DNA from: an uncultured virus (IMG/VR IMGVR_UViG_3300045125_000114) | Lineage: Duplodnaviria; Heunggongvirae; Uroviricota; Caudoviricetes | DNA length: 64,000 bases | Virus record (IMG/VR): IMGVR_UViG_3300045125_000114 | Direction: 5' to 3' (one strand) | In this document: positions 51,746 through 61,862 of the stretch, piece by piece | Position numbering within the stretch: position 1 is the stretch's first letter | Layout of the letters: each line of letters starts with the position of its first letter | The notes under the pieces: generated by a model | Told to the model about the DNA's origin: nothing | Database searches by the model: none | What the model saw: only the letters and a program-made list of their open reading frames with translations | Translations under genes and position numbers: made by a program

Positions 51746-52349
51746 ATGAGAAGAACACTCGTTGTTGACCCACTCATCCGAGCCAAGCACTCGGAACTAC
51801 TTTCTGAACCCGTTGTAATTCGAGTCAGGAAGTTTGACGAAGAGGGGGCACAAAAGTTTAACGAGGAAATGGAAAAGCGCGCACACGACCGGCCAACCCA
51901 TTATCCCCGTTGTAATTGATTCATACGGCGGGCAGGTGTATTCGCTGCTCGATATGATTGCCCAAATTCAGTCGTCGGCCATTCCGGTGGCAACGGTACT
52001 GGAAGGCAAAGGGATGTCGTGCGGTGCCATGCTATTTGCAATGGGCCACCAACGATATATGGCTCCTTGGGCCACCCTGATGATTCACGACGTTTCTTCC
52101 GGCAGTTGGGGTAAAATCGAAGAAGTGAAGGCCGACGCCAAAGAAACCGAACGGGTACACAAGCTGATCTTTTCTTTGGTTTCCAAGAACGTCGGCAAGA
52201 CCGAAGAGTATTTCACCGACATTCTTCACGACAAGGGTCACGCCGAGTGGTACTTGACCGCAAAAGAGGCCAAGAAACACAATCTTGCCACTCACATCGG
52301 CATCCCAGAACTCAGTGCCGAAGTCAAAGTTTCTTACAAGTTCTCTTGA
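51746..52349 (+). CDS. clpP: ClpP-like serine protease
   Basis: IDSYGG, GKGMSCGAMLF, LMIHD, WYLTAKEA. Confidence 0.88.
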
Positions 52350-52531
52350 TCCCTCTCACGACGATAGTGCAACCAACTCATTAGGGTTGAACCTGCCAGT
52401 CCCGTGAGAACCGACGAGTAGAAAATCCAAGGATTCCACTTACCTTGCTCTCCAAAGACCGACAGGAGAGCAAGGCAGGAAACCATAGACAAGACCCACC
52501 ACCGCAAGAAAAACCAGTTGTAGTCATTCAT
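52334..52531 (-). CDS. Small membrane protein
   Basis: Two hydrophobic helices. Confidence 0.5.
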   Translation of the reverse strand: MNDYNWFFLRWWVLSMVSCLALLSVFGEQGKWNPWIFYSSVLTGLAGSTLMSWLHYRRERDQENL

Positions 52532-52546
52532 GGCTGCATTCTAACT

Positions 52547-52575
52547 TTTACAACCGCTGCGAAACAAGGTAGTAT
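52547..52575 (+). promoter_or_regulatory. Sigma70-type promoter
   Basis: TTTACA-17 bp-TAGTAT. Confidence 0.65.
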
Positions 52576-52592
52576 CCCGAAAAGGGGGAACT

Positions 52593-52978
52593 ATGAGAAC
52601 TTTCGCAGCGGTTTGTGTTTTTGCTCTGGCGGGTGCGGCGGCGGGACTCCGAAACCCGTCACCGAGGAAGTTAAGTCTCTGGACAAAATTCAGGGCAAGT
52701 GGCACGTCCTTCAGATCGTGGGGCCGGACGGCAAAGGGTTCGAGGCCCAAGAAGTTGTGATCGAAATCAAGGACAACATCGCATTTCAGGGCAACTCTCA
52801 ACTTCGTCTGGAATTCGTGCCCGATACCAACGTGCTGAAGCTGTTCGCCAAAACGGACGCTGGCGACAAATTGGTGGGGGAAGTTACGGTTACTCTTACA
52901 ATTGAGAAACCGATCCAGATGTTGTGGGCAGACAAGAACAATTCGGTTCAGGAGACGCTACTGGAGAAGGTGGAATAG
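52593..52978 (+). CDS. Lipoprotein, TIGR03067-like beta domain
   Basis: MRTFAAVCVFALAG(C)GGG lipobox after a frameshift; LDKIQGKWHV. Confidence 0.6.
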
Positions 52979-53006
52979 TCCCCTCGTATTAAATATCCTC
53001 ACCAAA

Positions 53007-53498
53007 ATGAACGAAACCTGCCAGAAGTGCGGTAGCCCGATGAAGGTAGAATGGCCTTGTCGGGGGCCGCACTTCGTATGTTCTAAGGAGCCGGACTGCC
53101 GCTGGCTGAAAGCCATGAACAAGAAACAACAAATAAGACTCGATGAACAAGCAGAAAAACTGTTCTGGGCGTACCTCGATGCCGTGGAACTTTACCTGCA
53201 AAGCAAAGGTGTTCTTTACACAGCGGAAACAGAGAAGCTCGCTCGGCGAATCGAAGAACAGATCGACATAACGGTACAACAGGCCGACGACTGGAGACGT
53301 TCCATTGCCGCTTGGTACGGCAACATTCGCTACAAAAACGGCGGCACCATCCCCGGCAATCTGACTTGGGAGTCGAACCCTCAGCTTAAATTAGCCATTA
53401 TGAGGTTCCTCTGTATCGAACCCAACTGGCTGAACTGGCTCGGCCTCACCGGTCGGTACAGAAGCATTGATGACCCTTGGGAGCCGTGTCGTGAGTAA
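53007..53498 (+). CDS. Zn-ribbon fused to PrkA C-terminal-like domain
   Basis: CQKCGSPM..FVCSKEPDC; AEKLFWAYLD..EKLARRIEEQIDI..ADDWRR. Confidence 0.55.
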   Translation: MNETCQKCGSPMKVEWPCRGPHFVCSKEPDCRWLKAMNKKQQIRLDEQAEKLFWAYLDAVELYLQSKGVLYTAETEKLARRIEEQIDITVQQADDWRRSIAAWYGNIRYKNGGTIPGNLTWESNPQLKLAIMRFLCIEPNWLNWLGLTGRYRSIDDPWEPCRE

Positions 53499-53793
53499 AC
53501 TAACCTACCACCTGTTCTTCCGAACTTCCAACTGCGGGCCGGAAACCTTTTACAGAGTCAATGAAGAGTTCCTCTCACTGGAAGCTGCCGACGTTACCGC
53601 TTTCAAAATGTGGGACGAGTACGATCAACTTGGCGTGAGTAAAATCGAAGAGTTCCAAATAGCCGAAATTTTGGAACAGAACGGTCTGAAGTATTCGACC
53701 CGCCTGTGGCAGATCGTCCCCGGCAAGGCGAAGGAAATGAAGTTGATCGCCAAATACAAAGTCCCCGAATGGAGGAACATTGATGAAACTTGA
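53491..53793 (+). CDS. Hypothetical protein
   Basis: Intact ORF ending WRNIDET. Confidence 0.65.
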   Translation: MSKLTYHLFFRTSNCGPETFYRVNEEFLSLEAADVTAFKMWDEYDQLGVSKIEEFQIAEILEQNGLKYSTRLWQIVPGKAKEMKLIAKYKVPEWRNIDET

Positions 53794-53997
53794 ACCCTTC
53801 ATTTTGGACGGACTGCCGGATATTACAGTGGACGGCAAAATTGTCAGCGGTCAACACCGTATGATGGCTATGATGCAGCCCGCCGGATACGGCAAGTCTA
53901 TGATTATGGGCTGCAGATGATGGCACAGATGCGTGCCGAGGCGGAAGACAAGAAGAAAAAGAAGAAGAAAATCTGGAGGAGTATTGACGACGAATGA
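53783..53997 (+). CDS. Small hypothetical protein ending KKKKKKKIWRSIDDE
   Basis: GGAGG RBS; read from the sequence with one frameshift. Confidence 0.55.
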
Positions 53998-54149
53998 GAA
54001 TCATTATCACCATCCTGCTGATATGTTTCATTATCGGCTTTGTGACGCCCGCCTCCTTTTGGACCGTGATTTACCTGTCACGGCTAATCGTTTGGATGGG
54101 CGTCGGATTCGTAATGGGGTATCTGGTCCGTGGGCTTCAAACGAAGTAG
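53994..54149 (+). CDS. Small membrane protein
   Basis: MRIIITILLICFIIGF...; ATGA overlap with the upstream gene. Confidence 0.6.
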   Translation: MRIIITILLICFIIGFVTPASFWTVIYLSRLIVWMGVGFVMGYLVRGLQTK

Positions 54150-54741
54150 GTCCGGTGGATCAGCCATTCCTCGAAGCTGACCCCCGGATAATTCTGGATG
54201 GTCAGGTGTCGCAAATCGTGAAACGGTAAGTCAACCATCACCATTGGCACGGGCGTTTTTGGGGCGATTGCCATCAAAGCGAGCCAGTGGTGATTCCCGT
54301 CGAATATGATCCCGTCCTTGCTCAGAATAATTTGACTTCTTCATCGTGGTTCCCTTTTCGATGAATTTTCTGGCTTTTTCGGGTTCCATGTGAGTTGTGT
54401 GCGTGCCCGACCCGCTTCTCTTTGGTCAAGGGGTCACGAATCGAGTCTTTGGGTGCCATGAGAATTCTCTGAACCCCGATTCCATTGGTCTGCAACCACT
54501 GAATGAACTCTTCCCTCGATTTAAGCTGCGGCATTTTTTCTCGTGGAATGCCTAGCGTTCTCTTGGGTTCAAACTTGCCGTCTTTGATCTTCCCGCCCGG
54601 CACATCGCCGAACTGACTGACCTTGTAATCCTGAGCCGGAAACTGGACAATCTCCCCTTCCGGCTCGGCGGGCTCGAACGTCGGCGGCGGGCCGAGTTTG
54701 ATGGCCGGTAATCCTTCGAGAAATTCCTTGAAAGTCAGCAT
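54136..54741 (-). CDS. ParB/Srx-like protein with capsid-targeting-like N-terminus (MLTFKEFLEG)
   Basis: IPREKMPQL; SKDGIIFDGNHHWLA after a frameshift; CTACATA upstream. Confidence 0.65.
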
Positions 54742-54753
54742 GTTTCTATGTAG

Positions 54754-54782
54754 TTTACAACCGTCCATTTCCGTGGTATTGT
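54754..54782 (+). promoter_or_regulatory. Sigma70-type promoter
   Basis: TTTACA-17 bp-TATTGT with extended TG. Confidence 0.6.
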
Positions 54783-54791
54783 GGGGGAATC

Positions 54792-55248
54792 ATGAGTCTT
54801 GCCAGAAGAAGCGTCAATTCGGAGCGAAGATCGTTGACGTAACAAGTACGAAGTCAAAAGCCGCACACAAGGCGTGGGCTACGATCCGCCAGAAACGAAT
54901 CCAGAAATCTGCCGTCGCTTGCCATTAGCCGGAATATTACTCCCATACAACTGCCCCAGGACGTTCAAGCCGCCGCAAAGCACAAGAAGCGTTCTGACGC
55001 CGCAAAAAAGCGTGGCAAAGCTCGCAAGAAGAATGCGGAACAGGCTCAGGCAAACAAGAAGTGCCGTTCGAGTGTTGTGCGAGGGCGATTATGGAGACTC
55101 GAAGTGCAGTCTGCAACGCTGTCGGTTTGAAGCTCAGTTGAAGAAGCCGAGGCGGTTTCGTCTAGTTCAAACACCGGACGGGTGCGAATGCCGCAGAGTG
55201 GGATTCCCGACCGATTACGATATCCCAACACCAGTTGAAGCCCGGTGA
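54792..55248 (+). CDS. Basic protein with AAxKAW repeats
   Basis: KAAHKAWATIRQK and SDAAK(K)AWQS. Confidence 0.45.
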
Positions 55249-56185
55249 CTGGTTTTTCTGGCGTTCTTTCATCGGAACCAAGACCAGTGGTGGTTATTGA
55301 ACCCAATCCGTGTGCCGATCCGTCTTTTCAGTCGCCGGAAGCTAAGGCGGAAATGAACAGACTAATTGACCACTTGCACGCCGAATCCCAGAAGCCTCCG
55401 GAGCCTTGGCCGAGAATACACAGGTGACGGGAGAAGGCACCACTTACACAGGTTACGTCGAGGGCATCAGGGAAGGGATCGCCTACTGTCAGTCGGTCAA
55501 GGGCGAGAAACGGGGAAGAGTTCGACGCCGAATTCGTGGCGAACGCCCGATTTGCGAGGAAGCCCAAGCGTCAGTTCACGATGATCGGCTTTCAGGCGGT
55601 GCCGGACGTAGAGTACGCCGGAACGTGAAGCACGAAATCAGCGCCGCTATATCGAAAAGGCAAATAGGGGACTTGGCTGCAATGTCGATTACTAAGGGCG
55701 AGTTCGTCAACGTCTTGCTAACCTGCACGCCCGAAACGATGTACGCCGAGACTCCGAGAGAGTGGCTTACGGTTCGGGCTTTAACGGATGTGATGTGCGG
55801 CTCTTTTACTGTCCAGGTCGGCTCCAAGGTGGGCGGGCGTGTGGCGTGAGGGACTTTGGGAATTCGAGGAACATTGAAATGCAACGACCCCGAACACGGC
55901 TCTCGAAAACCAGCGTCAGCTTGAAGGAAGCCGGAGTTCGAACCTTGAAGCCGGAGCCAATCGAACAACTTGCCGAAAAAATTGGCGAAGACAGCCAGTT
56001 GGGTCAAGTTGTTCCAACAGATCATGGATTGTTGGGAGTTAATTTTCGAGATGCTGGAAGAGTGCCAAAGCACTTTTGACGAAGAACGGAAGCTTAGAAC
56101 TCGGGCGTGACGCCAAAATGGTTTTGGGCGGCAACTAACAAGGCCGTCGAATAAAGTCGTGGAAATTGCAGAGGTGTAAAGTACA

Positions 56186-56563
56186 ATGTACACCGCAGTC
56201 GTATTGGATTCGGAATCCGTCTCCAAATTGAAGCAAACTTTCCAGCTGCCGGACGGCTGGACGGTGAAAGTGCCACCACATGACGGTCAACATGGGCGGC
56301 GGGGCGTCCAAGAGGTCCGGCACGCGGCACTGATCGGGCAGACGGTCGAAGTGAACGTGGTTTCTCTGGCTCAGGGCCAGTTGGTTTGGGCCGTCGGGGT
56401 CGAGATGCTCAAGGTCCCTTCGGTCAGCGCTCAAAAGCACATCACCCTTGGCTGTGAACGAGGCGGCGAGGTGGCAAAGGCAAAAATGAGCAACTTTGAC
56501 CTGACCGAGCTGGAAGCCGGTCACGCCACTGGTTCTACGAGGCACTGTGGCCGAGGCGAATTA
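56186..56563 (+). CDS. 2H phosphoesterase (tRNA-ligase CPDase-like)
   Basis: YTAVVLD, CHHMT after a frameshift, KHITL, KAKMSN: two HxT motifs. Confidence 0.8.
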
Positions 56564-56792
56564 GCCGCCCCGCTCCCACCGCTTGAAGTAATCGGCTTCT
56601 TTGTCGTCCTTCGGGGTTTCCCATCGGGAAGAACGCCTGAACCTTGCCCGCCATGCGAAGATACCGCTGGTACGGGGTTTCTGGTTTGGCTTCGGGCTGA
56701 GGCTGAGGCTTTTACCGCCTAGTAGTTTCTGGCCGAGCCAACTGAAAAGTTCGTCGTAAGCGCTGTTCGCCGTATTCTTTGAAAGTTTTCAT
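56561..56792 (-). CDS. Small basic protein with capsid-targeting-like N-terminus (MKTFKEY)
   Basis: CTAAATA 5 nt upstream of ATG. Confidence 0.55.
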
Positions 56793-56841
56793 GTTGATAT
56801 TTAGTTGACATGAGCTTTCTTCCTCTATAAAGAGGTAGATA

Positions 56842-57123
56842 ATGGGTAACGTTTATTTCCCCGCCGTGGACGGACAACACGCTCACGGCAAATTGAATTC
56901 GGGACACTTGGAAATTGACGACGACATCCGTCCGGTTGTCGTTCGCCACAAGGCGTTGCACCCAGAATGTTTCACACAAACCGAAGACTGGCCCGTTTCC
57001 TTTCAGACCCCTCTTCAAACGAGAAGCCGCCCCTACAAGGTGTCGGTGTTCTGCGGGCGGTGCCAGAAAGTCATCGGCCAGTGTACCGTAATTGATTTCA
57101 AAGCGAAAAATGGCAAACGATGA
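56842..57123 (+). CDS. Hypothetical protein
   Basis: GAGG RBS; CGRC motif. Confidence 0.6.
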   Translation: MGNVYFPAVDGQHAHGKLNSGHLEIDDDIRPVVVRHKALHPECFTQTEDWPVSFQTPLQTRSRPYKVSVFCGRCQKVIGQCTVIDFKAKNGKR

Positions 57124-57318
57124 TAAGCGGTACTACCGCAACCTCAAAAACAGATCAAGGAAACGGGCAAAAAGAAAGCCCGTCTCCACTACAAGAAGCA
57201 ACTGGAGAACAATCCCGAAGATGCTCCATTCGATGAGTACGATTACGGACACGACGAAAGTTCCTCAATGAACGGGCGGGACGGAAAAACCGCAAGCCCA
57301 GAGATAAAAAATGATTGA
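57110..57318 (+). CDS. Small basic hypothetical protein
   Basis: MANDDKRYYRNLK... Confidence 0.45.
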
Positions 57319-57925
57319 TCTTGAACAACAGGTCGCTCTGAGAATTTACGACATTTTGAGCGACTACCCGGAAATGAAGGAAGCGTTAGAAGACGCTCTG
57401 GACGGAGAGGCCAAACATGCCAAGGCATGCGGCTATGGCCGGTTCGTGGAACGGCACGCTTTTGCCAACCGCCGTATTTGCTGCCATTCAAGCAAGCTAC
57501 GACTGGAACTATTTGTCGCAGCGAAACTTGGTTAATCCGTTCGTCCGTGACGGTCAAGCCTACATTGAGTTGGGAGTTTTGGCCGGTGCCCTGCCCGATC
57601 CAGTGGTGATGGAACGCTTCCATTTTGACTATGGAAGCACAGGCCATTAAAGCGGGCACCACTTGGACGAAGTGCGAAGTTTGCTTCACAGGATTGTCAA
57701 AGCGTTCGCCGACGGCGGGTACGGTCCGAAGTTCAATTCCACGACACGAAAGAAACTGAAGACAGTTTCTACATCCTTGCCACCGTGCTTGGTTTGGGCG
57801 GGATGGGGGATCGTGGCGACGGGTGTTTGGTTGGCGACGGTAAACTGGCCGTGAAGAATATCAAGGAACTGATGGCGAACGACAAAATCTTCAACGAAAA
57901 GTTCGGATTTCCTTAAAAGCTAGGT
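57311..57925 (+). CDS. Hypothetical protein, frameshifted
   Basis: Fragments 57311-57535, 57417-57650 and 57663-57854. Confidence 0.45.
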
Positions 57926-58122
57926 GAGTAATGAATTTGTGCCGTGTGCCAGCAGGTACTTCGTACAGCGGGTTCGGTGATAAGGTCGAGTGTTTGAAAG
58001 ACGAGAAAACTGGCGTGGTCGTGTGCGTTATAGGGACGATGTTCGGCGAGAAGAAAATCCACTTCCTTCGCCGATTAACATCGAAACCCTCCGGGAAGTG
58101 AGCCGTTTTCTTCTAAACGAAC

Positions 58123-58359
58123 ATGAGTACGCTCCTAGCGCCTCAAGGTAAAAACCTCCGGTACGCCGTTGATTTTCCGCTCCTGACGACTCTTGTAAAG
58201 AACGTCCTTACGGATCGACCCCTCACCGTGTTGGAAATTGCCGACATGATTAGTCCAGACTATCAACACTCCCACCTTGCGGCTGCCGTTCACGTCGTCC
58301 TGTACCGGCTGTTCGGTCGGGGAAAGCCAAGGTTCAAAACGGGAATTGGACTCCAGTGA
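58123..58359 (+). CDS. Small possible winged-HTH protein
   Basis: PLTVLEIADMI...VHVVLYRL. Confidence 0.4.
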   Translation: MSTLLAPQGKNLRYAVDFPLLTTLVKNVLTDRPLTVLEIADMISPDYQHSHLAAAVHVVLYRLFGRGKPRFKTGIGLQ

Positions 58360-58384
58360 AGATGAAAGGTTAACTAAATAAGGC

Positions 58385-59362
58385 ATGAAATCATTCTGGC
58401 TCGACCGCCGAAGCAGGCGGAACACCGTAGTGCAAAATCAATTCCGAACTTCAAAAGTACGTCGGACTCATCATACGACGACGTGCTTTTTGGACAAAAT
58501 GTGGCAAACCGTCCTGATATATTTCAAATTTCATCAGGACGAGTTTCAGCTTTTTCTTGACGCCGCAGGCGGATTAGATTACCAATTCGATGTTGCGATG
58601 GACTCTACGGGCAAACTCAAGGTGATTTTGTTTGTGCCGACTAACTCACCGGTATTAACTCCTCACACCAAACGCTCGCTTTTCGCCGGTATTGCATATA
58701 ATTGCTATATGCAATACCTGCCAACCGATTCCGATGGGCGTGACTGGCTCAATCGAGAGTGGGGGCCAGACAAGAGCCACACAACCGATAACGAAAACCA
58801 CCGCCCGCACACCTACCACGATCCCCTCACCGCCGTCCTGCTCGCACCGGCGTTCGAGGAATATCAGTCATTTACTGTCGGAAAACTGTTTACCGCCGAA
58901 GGCACCAGAAGCGATAACGATTTGCTCCGGCCCGGCTGGTTCTCACTCAAAACGCCTTTCCGAAGTGCCGATACCGGACGTTACCGAAACCCAGCGGATC
59001 ACGTTCGGTATCGATGATGCCCTCAACATCGTCACCCAGGCCGGACTTCGCCGCTGGGCGTTCGACTGGCTATCCGGGCAAGGACCGCACCCCGGAAAGC
59101 CGCTGGTGCCATCGAAACCAAAATGCTCGACAACGTTCTCGTGCGTGACCCCGAAGAGTGTCTGGTGCCGGACACGCCGCCGCTGCGTCCGTCAGCATCG
59201 TTCTGCCTCGTGACGTAAAACTCTACACCGCCTGTGCCGCTCAGTCGGGCCTGGGCCGATTCCCTCGCCGGGAAAGACGCAATGAACCTCACGGAAATTG
59301 CCACCGTCGTGTTCAGTGTTCCCGCCCGAACAAATAGGACAAATGCTGGAGGGTAAATAATG
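58385..59362 (+). CDS. Hypothetical late protein, frameshifted
   Basis: CTAAATA 4 nt upstream of ATG. Confidence 0.55.
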
Positions 59363-59980
59363 AACGAAGAGTGGCACCCGCAGCCCTGGATATATGCCTG
59401 AATATATCGGCCGGGGTTCCGGCCTCCAAGAAACCAAACTGGCGGCGATCAAGCTGGCCGAGGTCTGGTCTGGGCAAAGCCCCGAACGGCGATCCAGGGG
59501 CGGGATCGACTCTGGGGCGTCGATAATCTGGACGTGTATTTCTACGAAGTGTTCTGGGAAAAACTCTCGACCGTCCCCGGCGAGTTCGAGCGGTGTTCGC
59601 AGTCGCAGGGCCTACGGCTGCGAAACCGGCCGGGATTTGTGGTTCCAATCGCAGGGACCCCTGCATGTGTCCCGAAAAGAAGAAATCGAACAGTGGCGAC
59701 AAGAGTTTGTTCGTAAACAAAAGAGAAGGGAATGGTACAGGAAATGGCGTTCAACTACAACGGCAAGCGGAACGACGAAATCGAATGGATGTCTCGGATG
59801 GCGAAATTACCGCCCGAACTGCTGTTTATGCACGAAATGATGTTCTCCGAAGACGAGAAAGTGGATAACATAGATTTGGAATGCCAAAGCCGCCGGGTGG
59901 TGGGACGAACCGCTGACCGACGAAGAAATTATCGCAATGTCACAGGCCGAGGACCGGGCCAAACACTACCTGAACACTAG
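59360..59980 (+). CDS. Hypothetical protein, frameshifted
   Basis: GGAGG RBS; fragments join. Confidence 0.5.
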
Positions 59981-60128
59981 CGAAAGGGTGTAATGGACCC
60001 GGCAGTTTTTTCTTACCTTTATTGATCGCCTTCTACGTTCTTGGCGGGGCCACGGGACAAAACAGGGATCGGGATCGGGATCGGGACAGGTGATCGAAGA
60101 CTTCTGGTGGCCCCAGGCCGACCGCTGG

Positions 60129-60190
60129 GGCTGGCACCTATCCGCCACTCTAAAATGATGGGCTGGCACTACCCGCCCTCTAAAATGATG
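60129..60190. repeat. Intergenic ~30-bp tandem duplication
   Basis: ggctggcac(c)ta(t/c)ccgcc(a)ctctaaaatgatg x2. Confidence 0.85.
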
Positions 60191-60310
60191 GGAAAAGACA
60201 TGGAACCGTATATTAGCTCCGCCCGCCCGTGAACGGGGGCGACCGACCAAGATCACCGAACAGAGAATGTTCGACACGGAACCTCTACCGCCGTGAAATA
60301 AAAACTCAAA

Positions 60311-60565
60311 ATGAAACAGGAACTTAGAAACCGGCGATCTGGCCGAACTCAACACCGACCTCCTGTTCATGGCACGACTCGGCGTTCGGGTGGGGGAATT
60401 CGCCGCAACAGACGGGCTGGGCACAACCGGTTACTTGGTGGCTCGGAAGAAGGTGCCCCAGCCCTCCGTAAAGAAGAAAATATGAAACGGGCACTCGAAG
60501 ACCGGGAACCAAACCTCTCAAAGTTGACGATCTACCTCCGACACAGCCAACAAAATGATATATGA
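60311..60565 (+). CDS. Small hypothetical protein
   Basis: ORF with an internal frameshift. Confidence 0.4.
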   Translation: MKQELRNRRSGRTQHRPPVHGTTRRSGGGIRRNRRAGHNRLLGGSEEGAPALRKEENMKRALEDREPNLSKLTIYLRHSQQNDI

Positions 60566-60663
60566 CCTCCGAGAACACCTCCGGAAATACTACTTTTGGG
60601 ACCTTCGCACTCGTCGTCGCTCGGATTTTACTTAGCTTTACGGGACGAACTTAGGGGTCGAAA

Positions 60664-61149
60664 GTGATTTTCGATATACTACAGTGCGGAAAACCCACCG
60701 ACCTCAAAAACGTCATCTTCCCGCTCGGAGTGATCCGCCGGGAGCGCTGACCCGGGTTCAGGAACCTCATTACCAACAAAAGTTCTACATGGGGGAATCC
60801 TCGGGCCACTTCGTTGCGTCGGGATGCAAAGGGCATGATCCAGTTGCAGGTAAACGCCAGCCTACATCGTCAATGCCCTGTGGCTCGATAAAAACGGCAC
60901 CCTCAAGCCGATGATCGGGAACCGATCGAACACTCCGGATGGGACGGTTCCTCAAGGGACTGGATCGAAACCGACCCGGCGTTGGTCAAATTCTCGCCCG
61001 TCGGCGTTGGCGGTTTACCCCTCACGCCGAGCGGGACTCACCTCGTCGGATACTCCTATCGGCTCACACAGATCGAAGCACTTGCCTCTCAGTCGAATAA
61101 GAAAGGCAAGCAGCGGCGATACCGATCAATTGACGACCCGTGTGGTTAA
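60664..61149 (+). CDS. Hypothetical protein ending KKGKQRRYRSIDDP
   Basis: Stitched frames; C-terminus read directly at 61099-61149. Confidence 0.5.
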
Positions 61150-61429
61150 CGGACGATGTGCGGCGGCGGGGGCGGAAATTGATGCACCACATTCTTCTTC
61201 AGGTGTTTGCAGCCAACGAGTACAAACAACACGGCGACACAGGCAACAGCTTCTTCCTGGAACATAAAATGCTCACTTGGTTGGAATGGATGGGCGACAA
61301 GCAGCATAATACTTCGGAACCTCAACAAAAGGGGCTGTGAAATCTCTTCGGGAGGGGATTCGAGGCTCCTGGGGGCGGGAACTTCGGTGGGATTTGAACT
61401 CTTACGCCGTCGGCACTTTTTACCCCTCT

Positions 61430-61862
61430 TGTTCCTTTATCACAGCCTTCGCAATTTCAAGGTATACCTCCAACCCGTAATTGGACAATGCAGTATTCAG
61501 TCCGAAAAGAATGAATCTCACGTTCCCCCAATGTAACCTTTCTGCTGTCGATCCTGTCAAGGCTTGGAGTGAAAGGAAAATTCACTTTTTCTCCGTATGG
61601 CAGTAATGGAATACCCGATAACGCACATCGACTCTCCCTGGTCTTGCCAGAGTTTCTCCAAAAATCTGATACCCACAGTAAATGTTCTGTTCTTTTTCTT
61701 CGCACGCCTGTGCCTTCAGCATGTTCATTCTTATCGGGTTGTTCTTACGGTATAGACGAGTCTCTTCACGTCGGCACGTTTTGCAACGATTCCCATTGTG
61801 CGTCTTGCCCTCTTGTAGAACTCGTCTTCAGATTGCTCAATATTACATTTGATACATTTCAT
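61430..61862 (-). CDS. Homing-endonuclease-like protein (same family as 14894-15603)
   Basis: CIKC, CALSGIP, PSLDRIDS; CTATATA upstream. Confidence 0.75.

Noticed and set aside
61375..61430. tRNA suggested by GTTCAAATCCCACC on the minus strand
   Set aside because: The T-stem does not pair and no cloverleaf can be built.
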